This document shows positions 1 to 20,591 of a DNA stretch of 64,000 nt, piece after piece. A program made the translations under genes and the position numbers. The stretch is taken from positions 6,553,929 to 6,617,928 of the forward strand of contig OZ037769.1 of the NCBI GenBank assembly GCA_964035545.1, read 5' to 3'. Below the pieces are notes generated by a model that made no database searches, was not told where the DNA came from, and saw only the letters and a program-made list of their open reading frames with translations. Each line of letters starts with the position of its first letter. Positions within the stretch are counted from its first letter, which is position 1. This DNA is from Bugula neritina (Eukaryota > Animalia > Bryozoa).

Positions 1-6747
<6,747 letters not shown>

Positions 6748-6993
6748 TTGTTTTCTTCTACTCTACATTCTAGTACCAATAATTGTTTGTTTCAGTTGAA
6801 AAGATAAAAGAATTGGAAAAATGCCAGGGTCATCTCCATAATTTTTCCTACAGATTTCGACAAACGTTTCTTGTGTAGGAGGACGGAATATGGAGAGTAA
6901 ATTTGCCGTTAGATGACTGCCAGTTGGTCATGCTTGAAGCTCATACTAATATGTATTATTATTTATTCTTATTGTAACATAATGTACTTGTGC

Positions 6994-6999
6994 AATAAA
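6994..6999 (+). terminator. Candidate polyadenylation signal of the kinesin gene
   Basis: AATAAA ~250 nt after the stop at 6747; position-based only. Confidence 0.4.
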
Positions 7000-8141
7000 A
7001 CGTCCTACCTACATGCTTAGTTTAGTCGGGTTACTAACCAAAGTCTAGTTCTTGTTAAAGAGGTAGTTGTTTTGTGTAGACCTCAGGCTAATGTACTTAA
7101 CTTATTCAGTCTGGCACACGCAGCCACTATCCGCAGCTACAAGTTATAAAATGCAGGAGTTGTTTTATCTTTAAAATTATGTGCACACCTTATTGTTTTT
7201 ATGTTGTTTCACACGATTACTAAGTAGGTTGTGTCCTGATGTTTGAGGCTTTTTATGTTTTTGTGATATTTTTGTTTTGGTATATGAGATTAGGTAAAGA
7301 GTATTGTTGTATGAATAGTGGTGAATTTTAGTTTTGCATTATGTTGTGACTGGTTCTAATATAATTGAACTCTATTTCTACGTGTGCATTATTTAATGAT
7401 GGATAGTTCTTGTGGAACAAATACACATCATTTATAATTTACCTTACAACTACCGCCTTTTGTTCTATTGGATTCAATTCTTCAGATCTCTTTTAAAAAG
7501 CATAAAATTTTGCTTAAACTCAACTTATTTTAAGTTTCTCAAATATAAAAAACAACTGTTAATCTTTGTTGTCCAGACTATGTGGTAGATGTGCAAAACA
7601 GCGGCTTGGAAATTGCCCAAACTTCTTTTTCCTTTATTATATTTACCAATAGGTTCAACTACTTGTAAATGATATATTGTCATACATTTTGAACAATGTC
7701 CCATAATTGCAAAAACTTCATCAAATATCTTCATATTGAGTTAAATCAGCCAATTAGGTTGAGTAGAATGAGTCGAGTTAGTTCTGTGATAGTAAAGCTG
7801 ATATTAACTGTGCATTGCAACACTTGGCCAGACCATTATATATAATGCACTAGGTATTTACAAAATCATAGAGTAAAAGTTTGACATATTTATTTCTCAA
7901 GCACAAATTCAACAAATATAATGCACAAAATCATTAGGCTATATATAAAATGTATTTATATTGAGCGCAGATACAATATTTATTGTGAGGAAAAAAATCG
8001 CTCAGTTTGGAAAATTTTCACAACAAAAAACACCAAAATGCTTAGTAAATTTATATTGCTTCGTAGTTTTTTACACATTCTATGATTATAATGGATTATA
8101 TAAGCTTTTACTCGGTACAGGTAAGTCTGCTGTTCTATAAT

Positions 8142-8288
8142 CACTATATTTCCATTATCGCATTATGTGACTGGATGTTTTCATTCGGCCAATGAAAATA
8201 GTTACATCTATAAGTTATAAGTTAATGCGAACCACAATAATCCGAAACGGCATTCATTCACATAATGCACAGTCATGGAAACGCAGTG
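8142..8288. mobile_element. CACT-ended MITE (CACTA/EnSpm-like), copy 1
   Basis: Termini CACTATATTTCCAT...ATGGAAACGCAGTG; 3-bp target duplication AAT/AAT; body homologous to 36227..36390. Confidence 0.8.
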
Positions 8289-8850
8289 AATTAGAATGTC
8301 AATTTTGTTACACACCTTATTGGGCCAGAAGGTTATTCAAAACATATAACAATAACAATCACTGCTAAAATAGGTTTAGTTGCTATAACAACTTAGGCCT
8401 ACCTAGTTTATACAGCAGCACTATAGTTTTACACATCTAGAAATTTAACCGCCACAACACTTTGAAATTAAAAGGTTACTAGCTTTCTTACCAACACAAT
8501 ATAGAAGTTTTATTGCAATTTTATTTCACTGGTATTTCTGGGTTACTAGCTTTAGTATGAAACAAACAAATGAGAAAAAAATTGAAAGTTCGATAATGCA
8601 TAATAAGTTTGTTTTACTACGGTATGTATAATCTTGAAAAGATTTAATAAGCTCACAGGTTGTTCAACTTTAGAGAATATCACTAGAGACTTGTGTATAT
8701 TGTGAACCAAAGACTTTCACAGTATGCCACTTAAAGGTCATTCAACGGTAAAATTGATCAAACAAATAGCAGAATTGAAAAAGTTATAACATTTATACTT
8801 GAAATAAAGGCAGTTAGACAAATACCGCCACAATGTTTTGGCACCTTAGG

Positions 8851-10649
8851 TTACATGCCATGGACCTCAATCTCATAAAGATTAAGAAAGTCTGTTACAT
8901 TAAACAAGACTTGAACAAACCGCCCTCTGATTGGTTGATAACATGTCATGAGAGTAAAAACTTGGTTTAAAAGATCATCATGGTAATAGCAGAGAACGTC
9001 TTGGTTGGTTCCGGTGTATTCTATATCTTCTTCTGTCATAGACACAGTTATTTCCGCATTTTTTGACCTTTTCCATGACTCAGCGCGCTTCAAACAAGTT
9101 GTAAGCCTTATTGACATACATGTATTCGTGTATACAATTTGAGAAGTAAATTGTTTTTACACATAAACCGATGTGCAAATTTGATTCATTTTATAAACTT
9201 TAAGAAATTTGATTGAAACGAATTGAAAAGAAGCGTGTGATTGTCTTAGAATCTGTTTATATAATATTATTTTCCGTGGAAACATTTGGGAAAGCGTTGC
9301 ATAATATTATTATAATAACGTGCAGTGCTTTGAGGAAACTACTCAGGTTAATGGATGCATAAAAACTTTATAGAGTTTATAGAGCTGTCATCTTATACTT
9401 ACATTCTCATCTCTATTCAGTATGTTGACTGCCCAAACACAATAAACAGCTTCAAGATCAACTCTCCACCAGGGTCTAGTTTCTGTCTTAGTGTGAGCCA
9501 AATTGGAAGGCTGGTCATCAGTAGGGAGATAAATCCCATCATTGCCATTAAAAGCTGATAGTTTTGGATTATCTTGATAGATAGATGATAAAGTTGCTGG
9601 TTTATCTATTAAAGTATTTACAATTTTTGGATTAAGGAAATTTTAAAAAATGAGAGATGGGTATTTTATAGTATACACGTTTTAGTACAATTTACCTTCA
9701 GCACTTAATTTACTTTCCTTCAATTTCCATAATTAATGCAAGGACTGCATTAATTTTTTTTAAGTACTCAAATTACTTTGTTAATTTAAAAAAAATGCAA
9801 GTGGTTGATTTAAAAGGAAGTTTTAGAGGCAACGTTTTAGAGCAAAAACCCATATACATCAGCAACTAAAATTGTAAAAAATAAATAAAACTGGAGACTC
9901 TGAGTGTGTACTATGAATTAAGTGAAATGACCTATTTCTCTTTAAAGTGCAGTGCCCGCGAATAGATGAATTATTATGCTACAAATATTTCACACAAACA
10001 AATATAAACATCACACACTCACCTAAAGCCAGGAACTTGTTCAGAAATGTGTGAAGGTCATCTCTAACGTAAACAGCAGAGCCATTTCCAACGTCTTGAG
10101 TCAGCTGATTAGGATTGAGACAAGTTTCAAATGTACACTCTGTGAGTGTCTGGACATGGAGGTGATATCCATGACATTTCTTATTGATGAGACATTCATA
10201 AGCACAGAGGTGTGTAGAGTGGTGACCCTGTGAGATGTTTACTGATGATGTCATCAGCTCTGAAGGAAGACTCATTCTAGTGAAACCACCAACTTCTGTC
10301 AGACCAGCCACAACAGGGACCATGACTGCCAAAATTGCTACAATATATTTTATATCTTTGTCATAGACAGACGTTATAAAGCAGGTGACATAATTATTAT
10401 ATACAATGTTGAATGCAATCAACTTATATAATGCAAAAATAAAATTACCATATTTGTAAAAGTCGCATTAGTATATGACACTACTTTAATATTTGCTAAT
10501 TCTGTCATCAAAAATGATTAAATTATACATCATAATAATTTGAAATTTAAAAATGCTACAAAATGATAAGATATTTTATTTTATAAAGTTTGCATGAAAA
10601 CTCATGAAACTGAATGTAATTGAAAATTCAACTTACCTAGAATCTCCAT
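8851..10649 (-). CDS. Secreted PAN/apple + F-type lectin (fucolectin) domain protein, copy 1 (255 aa)
   Basis: complement(join(8851..9087,9403..9605,10023..10337,10637..10649)), 768 nt, all GT-AG. Signal peptide MEILAILAVMVPVVAG; PAN-like CAYECLINKKCHGY...EC; FTLD ALDKPATLSS...GNDG...AHTKTETRPWWRVDLEAVYCVWAVNILNRDE (H-x26-R)...IRGRFVQV...LNLYEIEVHG. Confidence 0.9.
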
Positions 10650-12480
10650 ATCTAAAGTCAACAAAACAATGTCATAATATAAATGCTGGTTTTGCCTTTC
10701 GCAATGGCCGAATGGTAAGTACTCAGTATTACATACGCGGCTTAAATAAAGTTATGAAAGATAAACATCTTATAATATATATTACACAAGTAATACAAAC
10801 TCCTGTTTAAAGATAAGATAAAATATATAATTATTGATTTATATAAAATAAAACAAGTTGATAACTTTTGTAAAAGGTTTTAGTATAATTACATGTTGTG
10901 AAGTTAATGATAAATATGTTGCTATAAATATAAACAGTATTTTAATTGATGTAAAACATCCTTTGATATATAATACATTAGGCATACAAACTTTCCTATA
11001 AAAGTAAAATAAATTGTATATAGTTATTGATTTATATAGTATAAACCAAGTTGATAATTTTCCTAAAAGGTTTTAGCACAATTGCAAGTTTTTATGTTAA
11101 TGGTAAAGGTGTTGCTACCTATTATATAAACAGCCTTTTACTGTAATACATTTAAAAGTTTGGTCAAAACTAATTTATGTATATAAATATATAGTTGAAT
11201 GCTCGATCACCTTTCAACTATTGCTGGATTGATTTAGTTAAACCAGCATTTTAAGCAACCGCATGTAATTTGTAAATGTATGTGAGCTTGTTTTTTGAAT
11301 TTTCTCAAAGCTTTTTAAAATATCATGTGGACAAACGTTCATGTTGAAACTTTGGAACCTGGCTTTTCATAGCACTATAAACTAGATGGCAAACTGGGTA
11401 TCCTGAAACATTGGTAATCCTACAACTTCTGCAATACTTATGTAGCTTCACAGTTGAATTGCACAGAATTTATGCTAATTCTATAGAGCAAGACCTCACA
11501 TACAGCGTGTAGGAATATTTATACAGCTTCCATCGCAATAACATTTACATCTACAATTGATTATTTCAGGGCAGTTGATGTTAGTATGTATATGTACTGT
11601 AGCGTTTGCATACTTTATTCTGTTTGCACTTGTTTTAACTTTTTATTACTCCTTCAAAAGCAATATGGCATAAAATATAGATATTTGAGAATTTTTGTTT
11701 GTTTAGGTATCATAATCAAACTTCCAAAAATTGTAAAACTATAATTATTGCAAAGTTGCAAAATAGCATGCATTATACTGTTATAGGTTATCCATTACAT
11801 GTTCTAGGTGTTTTCTCTTTGCACTTGAAATAAATATTTCAACAGTTTGTTTCTGAATTTATGTTATACCTGATAATATGACATATTATAATAATACATT
11901 CTTAGAATACTTATTCCGCTTCACATATAACTACATTATTATAATCATCTAAGAACGTCATATTAAATGCTTTCTGTACAACACACACACGCACACGGAT
12001 GCGCAGGCACATGCACGCACAAAGTAGCATTCTCATTTTCTATGGAGGCAAATAACTTTATATAGTTCAGCTGTTACGCACAGAGTATGACACACTCCTG
12101 ATTCATCAAATAACCTTCCAAATCGAATGCATTACATAGCTGTGATTAACTGCGTTTGTTTTGTCACAGCACACGCACACTTCATATACAGCAGACCGCA
12201 CACTGCACACATATATACATTATATCATATATATGGTGTTCTATAGTAGGTCAGGTGCTTATATATATAGTATACATACAATATACTATATAGGTACATT
12301 GTATGTAAAAATATTATGCACCTTCAAGCTTTTAGATTTATTACATTTACTTATTATGGTAATCATAAATTTCTTTAATGAATTTATCAGATCTTCAAAA
12401 GAAGGCGTTGAAACATCAAATTCAAAAGCAAAGAAAAATAATCTAGAACATGTGATGAATAAAGTAAAACATTGAGATCG

Positions 12481-12912
12481 AATAGAACCTTTTCAGAGGT
12501 CCCCAATGTCCAGCTTACAATTAAGAGTTGTGCTCTCTTAAAATGAAAATTGTTAAACAAAATAAACTATTGAACTCATTTTTGTGGTTTTGGTTGCTGA
12601 GCAATGCTGAAATGCCATTTCAGCATTGCTCAGTAACCAAAACCACAAAACCGCTTTTAAGTTTATTTTCTTAAAAAAATTTCATGAAGAAATACTGTTA
12701 AAATTTTTTTGAACTGCCAATATGTGTGCTTATGCCCAAATATCTATCTCCCAAAAGAGCAATTCTTTATCATAATTAGAATTTTAGGTAGCAGCCAAAC
12801 TTTAAATTTTCAATGAGTTTGTGCTTTATACAGAAGTTCAACCTATTCAATTTGGGAGGACACAACTCTTAATTGTAAAGAGGATACCAGGGACTTCTGA
12901 AGAGGGTTTATT
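12481..12912. mobile_element. ~432-bp MITE with long imperfect TIRs and a central 71-bp hairpin, unit 1
   Basis: AATAGAACCTTTTCAGAGGTCCC...AATTAAGAGTTGTG versus CACAACTCTTAATT...GGGACTTCTGAAGAGGGTTTATT; internal palindrome 12580..12650. Confidence 0.75.
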
Positions 12913-13811
12913 ATTATGGGACATAGGGTTTGTTAGGTTGATCAACCAATAAAGTAGCTCTTCAGTGCCAGCTTGCTGACTTTTACATTTAGCTTCTCTA
13001 CCAAGAATTCACGTTAATTAGGTTTAGTTGTCTTGTTGCATCTGCATGTTTGTTTGCATCTAAAAAGCTTCTACTGCTGTCAAGAGTCAAGTATATGAAC
13101 AATTCTGAAATGTGGATAGCACATGGTAAAACTGCTGCTGAAAATTTTTACCGACTGTCACACAAGAAGTCGTCTTCTCAATAGTAGATATAATTATGTA
13201 ATTAAATCATTTCGAAATCTAGAGCTGAGAAGAAACAATCACCAGGAAAGCATGTGAACTGCATACAATATTCAATAAGCAGATAAAAATTTTCCAAAAT
13301 GTATAATCTCAAAGATCATATCCAACATGTATACTGCATTACTAAAGCAGATATAGTATTACCTTGCTAACTTACATTGATCAACCTTTCACTCACTCAA
13401 AATGTTGTTATATAATGTAGTTAGTAGTATTTACAAAAACTTAGAATTTAAAGGAAATTAAAATATTTTGCACATACATGTAATAATGATGCATGGAGTT
13501 GATTTATTCGTGAATGCAGATACAATATTTATAATGAGCAATCAATAGTTTATTTTTGCTAAATTTAAAAGAAAATCAAAATACTCAGTAAATGTATATT
13601 GATGTGTAGCTTTTTTGTTATTTCACTTTAAACACAATCACAATAAACTTTTAACACGAATGAAAGACTTTCATATACCATCTCCCACTTGAAAGTAGTG
13701 CAACACTAATTACTACATGCATCAAACAAATAGCAACATTGAAAAGTTTATTACATTTATACTTAAAACAGAGGCAGTTAGACGAAGACAGGGCAATGTT
13801 TTTGCACCTTG

Positions 13812-15638
13812 TTACAAGCCATGGACCTCAATCTCATAGAGATTAAGAAAGTCTGTTACATTAAACAAGACTTGAACAAACCGCCCTCTGATTGGTTGAT
13901 AACATGTCACGAGAGTAAAAACTTGGTTTAAAAGATCATCATGATAATAGCAGAGAACTTCTTGGTTGGTTCTGGTGTATTCTATATCTTCTTCTGTCAT
14001 AGACACAGTTATTTCTGCGTTTTTCGACCTTTTCCATGACTCAGCTTGCTTTAAACAAGTTGTAAGCCTTATTGACATACATGTATTCGTGTATACAATT
14101 TGAGAAGTAAATTGTTTTTACACATAAACCGATGTGTAAATTTTATTCATTTTATAAACTTTAGGAAATTTGATTGAAACGAATTGAAAACAAGCGTGTG
14201 ATTGTCTTAGAATCTGTTTATATAATATTATTTTCCGTGAAACATTTGGGAAAGTGTTGCATAATATTATTATAATAACGTGCAGTGCTTTGAGGAAACT
14301 ACTCAGATTAATGAATTCATAAAAACTTTACAGAGTTTATAGAGTTGTCATCTTATACTTACATTCTCATCTCTATTCAGTATGTTGACTGCCCAAACGC
14401 AATAAACAGCTTCAAGATCAACTCTCCACCAGGGTCTAGTTTCTCTGTTAGTGTGGGCCAAATTGGAAGGCTGGTCAACAGTAGGGAGATAAATTCCATC
14501 ATTGGCATTAAAAGCTGATCTCTCTGGATTATCTCGATAGATAGACGATAAAGTTGCTGGTTTATCTATTAAAATAAATTTAAAATTATATAGATAGTTT
14601 AAACTTTAAAACATTAAGGAATTTTAAAAAAAGAGATGGGTATTTTATATGATACACATCTTAGTACAATTTACGTTCAGCACCATGATACTTAGTTCAT
14701 ACAATTTACTTCAATGTACCATAATTAATGCAAGGACTACATTAATTTTTTTAGTAGTTGAATTGCTTTGTTAATTTAAAAAAAATGCACGAGGTTGATT
14801 TAAAATGAATTTTTAAAGGCAAATTCTTAGAACAAAAATCCGTATACATTAGCAGCTCCAATTGTGAAAATAGATAAAACTGAAGACTTCGAATGTGTAA
14901 CAAATTAAGTAAAATTACCCATTTCTATTCACAGTGCAGTGCCCACAGAATATGAATTATTGTGTGCTGCAAATATTTCCCACAAACAAATATAAACAAC
15001 ACACACTCACCTAAAGCTAGGAACTTGTTCAGAAATGTGTGAAGGTCATCTCTAACGTAAACAGCAGAGCCATTTCCAATGTCTTGAGTCAGCTGATTAG
15101 GATTGAGACAAGTTTCAAATGTACACTCTGTGAGTGTCTGGACATGGAGGTGATATCCATGACATTTCTTATTGATGAGACATTCATAAGCACAGAGGTG
15201 TGTAGAGTGGTGACGCTGTGAGATGTTCACTGATGATGTCACCAGTTCTGAAGGAAGACTCATTCTAGTGAAACCACCAACTTCTGTCAGACCAGCCACA
15301 ACAGGGACCATGACTGCCAAAATTGCTACAATATTTCATGTCTTTGCTATAAACAGGTGTTTAAAAAAAAGTAAAACATTATAATATATACAATATTGAA
15401 TGTAATCAAATTATATATAACCCAAAAATAAAATTACCATCTTTGTAAAACTCGCATTAGTATGGCACTACTTTAATATATTAACTAATTTTTGTCATCA
15501 AGAATGATTAAATTATATATCGTAATACTTTGGAGTTTAGAAATGCTGTAGATTAATAAAATATTTTACCTTATATAGTTTTCATGAGAAGTCAAGAAAC
15601 TGTGTACAATTACAAATTTACTTACCGAGAATCTTCAT
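13812..15638 (-). CDS. Secreted PAN/apple + F-type lectin protein, copy 2 (255 aa)
   Basis: complement(join(13812..14048,14363..14565,15011..15325,15626..15638)); start MKILAILAVMVPVVAG; same exon sizes (237/203/315/13) as copy 1; open frame. Confidence 0.9.
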
Positions 15639-17482
15639 ATTTCTAGTCAACGCAACAAGATTATAAACATTTGCTTTGTCTTTTACAACGGCCAAATGGC
15701 AACTACTCAGAATTGCATACGCAGCTCAAATAAAGTTATGAAACATAAACAATCTTTTAATGTATATTACTCTAGAAATACAACAACCTCTTTAAAGATA
15801 AGATAAAATGTATATGTTTATTGATTTATATAGTATAATATACAGTATAGTATAGTAATAGTATAGTATATAGTAAAACAAGTTGATGATCTTCTCAAAG
15901 GTTTTAGTACAATTGCAAGTTGTTAGGTTAATGATAAATATGTTGCTATAAATATAAACAGTATTTCAATTGATGTAAAACATCCTTTGATATATAATGC
16001 CTTAGAAATACAAACTATCCTATAAAAGTAAAATAAATCGTATATAGTTATTGATTTATGTAGTATATAACAAGTTGATGACTTTTCTAAAAGGTTTTAG
16101 CACAATTGCAAGTTGTTAAGTTAATGGTGAAGGTGTTGCTAACTATAAACAGCCTTTTACTGTAATACATTCAAAATATTGGTCAAAACTAATATATGTA
16201 TATTAATATATAGTTGAATGCTTCGTCACCTTTCAACTACTGCTGGATTGATTTAGCTAAAACCAGCATTTTAAGCAACCACACGTAATTTGTAAATGTA
16301 TGTGAGCTTGTTTTTTAAATTTTCTAAAAACTTTTTAGAATATTATGTAAAAAATCTTTCACGTTGAAACTTTGAAACCTGGCTTTTCATAGCACTAGAA
16401 ACTAAATATCAACTTGGGTATCCTGAAATAGTGGTAATCCTACAACTTCTGCAGTACTTATGTATAGCTTCACAGTTGAATTGCACAGAATTTATGTTAA
16501 TTCTATAGAGCAAGACCTACATACAGCGTAGGAATATTTATACAGCTTCCATCACAATAACATTTACATCTACAATTGATTATTTCAGGGCAGTTGATGT
16601 TAGTATGTATATGTACTTTAGCGTTTGCATACTTTATTCTGTTTGCACTTCTTTTAACTTTTTATTACTTCTTCAAGTGAAATGTGGCATAAAATATAGA
16701 TATTTGAAAATTATTTGTTTGTTTAGGTATCATAATCAGACTTCAGAAATTGCAAAACTATAATTATTGCAAATAGTTGCAAAATAGCCTGCGTTATACT
16801 GTTATAGGATATCCATTACATGTTCTAGGTACTTTCTCTTTGCATTTGAAATAAATATTTCAACAGTTTGTTTCTGAATTTATGTTATACCTGATAATAT
16901 GACATGTTATAATATTACATTCTTAGAATACTTATTCTGCTTCACATATAACTACATTATTATAACCATCTAAGGACGTCATATTAAATGCTTTCTCTAC
17001 AACACACACACACACACGCACGCACGCACGCGGATGCGCAGACACATGCACACACAAAGTAGTATTCTCATTTTCCATGGAGGCAAATAACTTTGTATAG
17101 TTCAGCTGTTATGCACAGAGTATGACACACTCCTGATTCATCAAATAACCTTCCAAATTGAATGCATTACATAGCTGTGATTAACTGTGTTTGTTTTGTC
17201 ACAGCAGCCCGCACACTGCACACATATATACATTATATCATATATATGGTGTTCTATAGTAGGTCAGGTGCTTATATAGTATACTTACATACCAGGTATA
17301 TTGTATGCAAAAATATTATGCACATTCAAGCTTTTAGATTTATTACATTTACTTATTATGGTAATCATAATTTTTTTTAATGAATTTATTAGATCTTCAA
17401 AAGAAGGCGTTGAAACATCAATTTCAAAAGCAAAGAAAAGGAATCTAGAACATGTAATGAATAAAGTAAAACATTGAGATTG

Positions 17483-17916
17483 AATAGACCCTTTTCAGAG
17501 GTCCCCAATGTCCTGCTTATTATTAAGAGTTGTGCTCTCCTAAAAAGAAAATTGTTGAACAAAATAGACTATTGAACTCATTTTTGTGGTTTTGGTTGCT
17601 GAGCAATGCTGAAATGCCATTTCAGCATTGCTCAGTAACCAAAACCACAAAACCGCTTTTAAGTTTATTTTCTTAAAAAAATTTTCATGAAGAAATACTG
17701 TTAAAATTTTTTTGAACTGCTATATATGTGTGCTTATGCCCAAATATCTATCTCCTAAAAGAGCAATTCTTTATCATAATTAGAATTTTAGGTAGCAGCT
17801 AAACTTTAAATTTTCAATGAGTTTGTGCTTTATACAAAAGTTCAACCTATTCAATTTGGGAGGACACAACTCTTAATTGTAAAGAGGATACCAGGGACTT
17901 CTGAAAAGGGTCTATT
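17483..17916. mobile_element. Same long-TIR MITE, unit 2
   Basis: AATAGACCCTTTTCAGAGGTCCC ... GGGACTTCTGAAAAGGGTCTATT (near-perfect terminal inverted repeat); same central hairpin. Confidence 0.78.
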
Positions 17917-18805
17917 ATTATGGGACATAGGGTTTGTTAGGTTGATCAACCAATAAAGTAACTCTTCAGTGCCAGCTTGCTGACTTTTACATTTAACTTC
18001 TCTACCAAGAATTCACGTTAATTAGGTTTAATTGTCTTGTGGCATCTGCATGTTTGTTTGCATCTAAAAAGCTTCTACTGCTGTCAAGAGTCAAAGATAT
18101 GGACAATTCTAAAATGTCGATAGCACATGGTAAAATGGCTGCTGAAAATTTTTACCGACTGTCACACAAGAAATCGTCTTCTCAATAGTAGATATATGTA
18201 ATTAAATCATTTGAAATCTAGAGCTGAGAAGAAACAATCACCAGGAAAGCACGTGAGCTGCGTACAATATTCAATAAGCAGATAATTCTAACATATATAA
18301 TCTCAAAGATCATATCCAACATGTATACTGCATTACTAAAGCAGATATAGTATTACCTTGCTAACTTACATTGATCAACCTTTCACTCACTCAAAATGTT
18401 GTTATATAATGTAGTTAGTAGTATTTACAAAAACTTAGAATTTAAAGGAAATTAAAATATTTTGCACATACATGTAATAATGATGCATGGAGTTGATTTA
18501 TTCGTGAATGCAGATACAATATTTATAATGAGCAATCAATAGTTTATTTTTGCTAAATTTAAAAGAAAATCAAAATACTCAGTAAATGTATATTGATGTG
18601 TAGCTTTTTTGTTATTTCACTTTAAACACAATCACAATAAACTTTTAACACGAATGAAAGACTTTCATATACCATCTCCCACTTGAAAGTAGTGCAACAC
18701 TAAATACTACATGCATCAAACAAATAGCAACATTGAAAAGTTTATTACATTTATACTTAAAACAGAGGCAGTTAGACGAAGACAGGGCAATGTTTTTGCA
18801 CCTTG

Positions 18806-20591
18806 TTACAAGCCATGGACCTCAATCTCATAGAGATTAAGAAAGTCTGTTACATTAAACAAGACTTGAACAAACCGCCCTCTGATTGGTTGATAACATG
18901 TCACGAGAGTAAAAACTTGGTTTAAAAGATCATCATGATAATAGCAGAGAACTTCTTGGTTGGTTCCGGTGTATTCTATATCTTCTTCTGTCATAGACAC
19001 AGTTATTTCCGCATTTTTTGACCTTTTCCATGACTCAGCGCGCTTCAAACAAGTTGTAAGCCTTATTGACATACATGTATTCGTGTATACAATTTGAGAA
19101 GTAAATTGTTTTTACACATAAACCGATGTGTAAATTTTATTCATTTTATAAACTTTAGGAAATTTGATTGAAACGAATTGAAAAGAAGAGTGTGATCTGT
19201 TTATATAATATTATTTTCCATGGAAACATTTGGGAAAGCGTTGCATAATATTATTATAATAGCATGCAGTGCTTTGAGGAAACTACTCAGATTAATGGAT
19301 GCATAAAAACTTTATAAGTTTATAAAGCTGTCAGCTTACTTACATTCTCATCTCTATTCAGTATATTGACTGCCCAAACACAATAAACAGCTTCAAGATC
19401 AACTCTCCACCAGGGTCTAGTTTCTGTCTTAGTGTGAGCCAAATTGGAAGGCTGGTCATCAGTAGGGAGATAAATCCCATCATTGCCATTAAAAGCTGAT
19501 AGTTTTGGATTATCTCGATAGATAGATGATAAAGTTGCTGGTTTATCTGTTAAAGTATTTACATTTTTTGGATTAAGGAAATTTTAAAAAATGAGAGATG
19601 GGTATTTTATAGTATACACGTTTTAGTGCAATTTATGTTCAGCACTTAATTTACTTTCCTTCAATTTCCATAATTAATGCAGAGACTGCATTAATTTTCT
19701 TTAAGTATTTAAATTACTTTGTTAATTTAAAAAAAATGCAAGTGGTTGATTTAAAAGGAAGTTTTAGAGGCAACGTTTTAGAGCAAAAACCCCATATACA
19801 TCAGCAACTAAAATTGTAAAAAATAGATAAAACTGAAGACTCTGAGTGTGTACTATAAATTAAATGAAATGACTTATTTCTCTTCAAAGTGCAGTGCCCG
19901 CGAATAGATGAATTATTATACTACAAATATTTCACACAAACAAATATAAACATCACACACTCACCTAAAGCCAGGAACTTGTTCAGAAATGTGTGAAGGT
20001 CATCTCTAACGTAAACAGCAGAGCCATTTCCAACGTCTTGAGTCAACTGATTAGGATTGAGACAAGTTTCAAATGAACATTCTGTGAGTGTTTGGACATG
20101 GAGGTGATATCCATGACATTTCTTATTGATGAGACATTCATAAGCACAGAGGTGTGTAGAGTGGTGACCCTGTGAGATGTTTACTGATGATGTCACCAGC
20201 TCTGAGGGAAGACTCATTCTAGTGAAACCACCAACTTCTTTCAGACCAGCCACAACAGGGACCATGACTACCAAAATTGCTACAATATATTTTATATCTT
20301 TGTCATAGACAGACGTTATGAAGCAGATGACATAATTATTATATACAATGTTGAATGCAATCAACTTATATAATGCAAAAATAAAATTACCATATTTGTA
20401 AAAGTCGCATTAGTATATGACACTACTTTAATATTTGCTAATTCTGTCATCAAGAATGATTAAATTATACGTCATAATACTTTGAAATTTAGAAATGCTA
20501 CAAAATAATAAGATATTTTATCTTATAAAGTTTGCATGAGAACTCATGAAACTGAATGTAATTGAAAATTCAACTTACCTAGAATCTCCAT
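18806..20591 (-). CDS. Secreted PAN/apple + F-type lectin protein, copy 3 (255 aa)
   Basis: complement(join(18806..19042,19344..19546,19965..20279,20579..20591)); open frame, GT-AG introns. Confidence 0.9.

Noticed and set aside
10051-12475. Plus-strand ORFs repeated in each array unit (MKVISNVNS..., MKLNVIENS..., ...HTYIHYIIY...)
   Set aside because: Antisense shadows of the lectin exons or low-complexity intergenic DNA; frameshifted or absent in some units.
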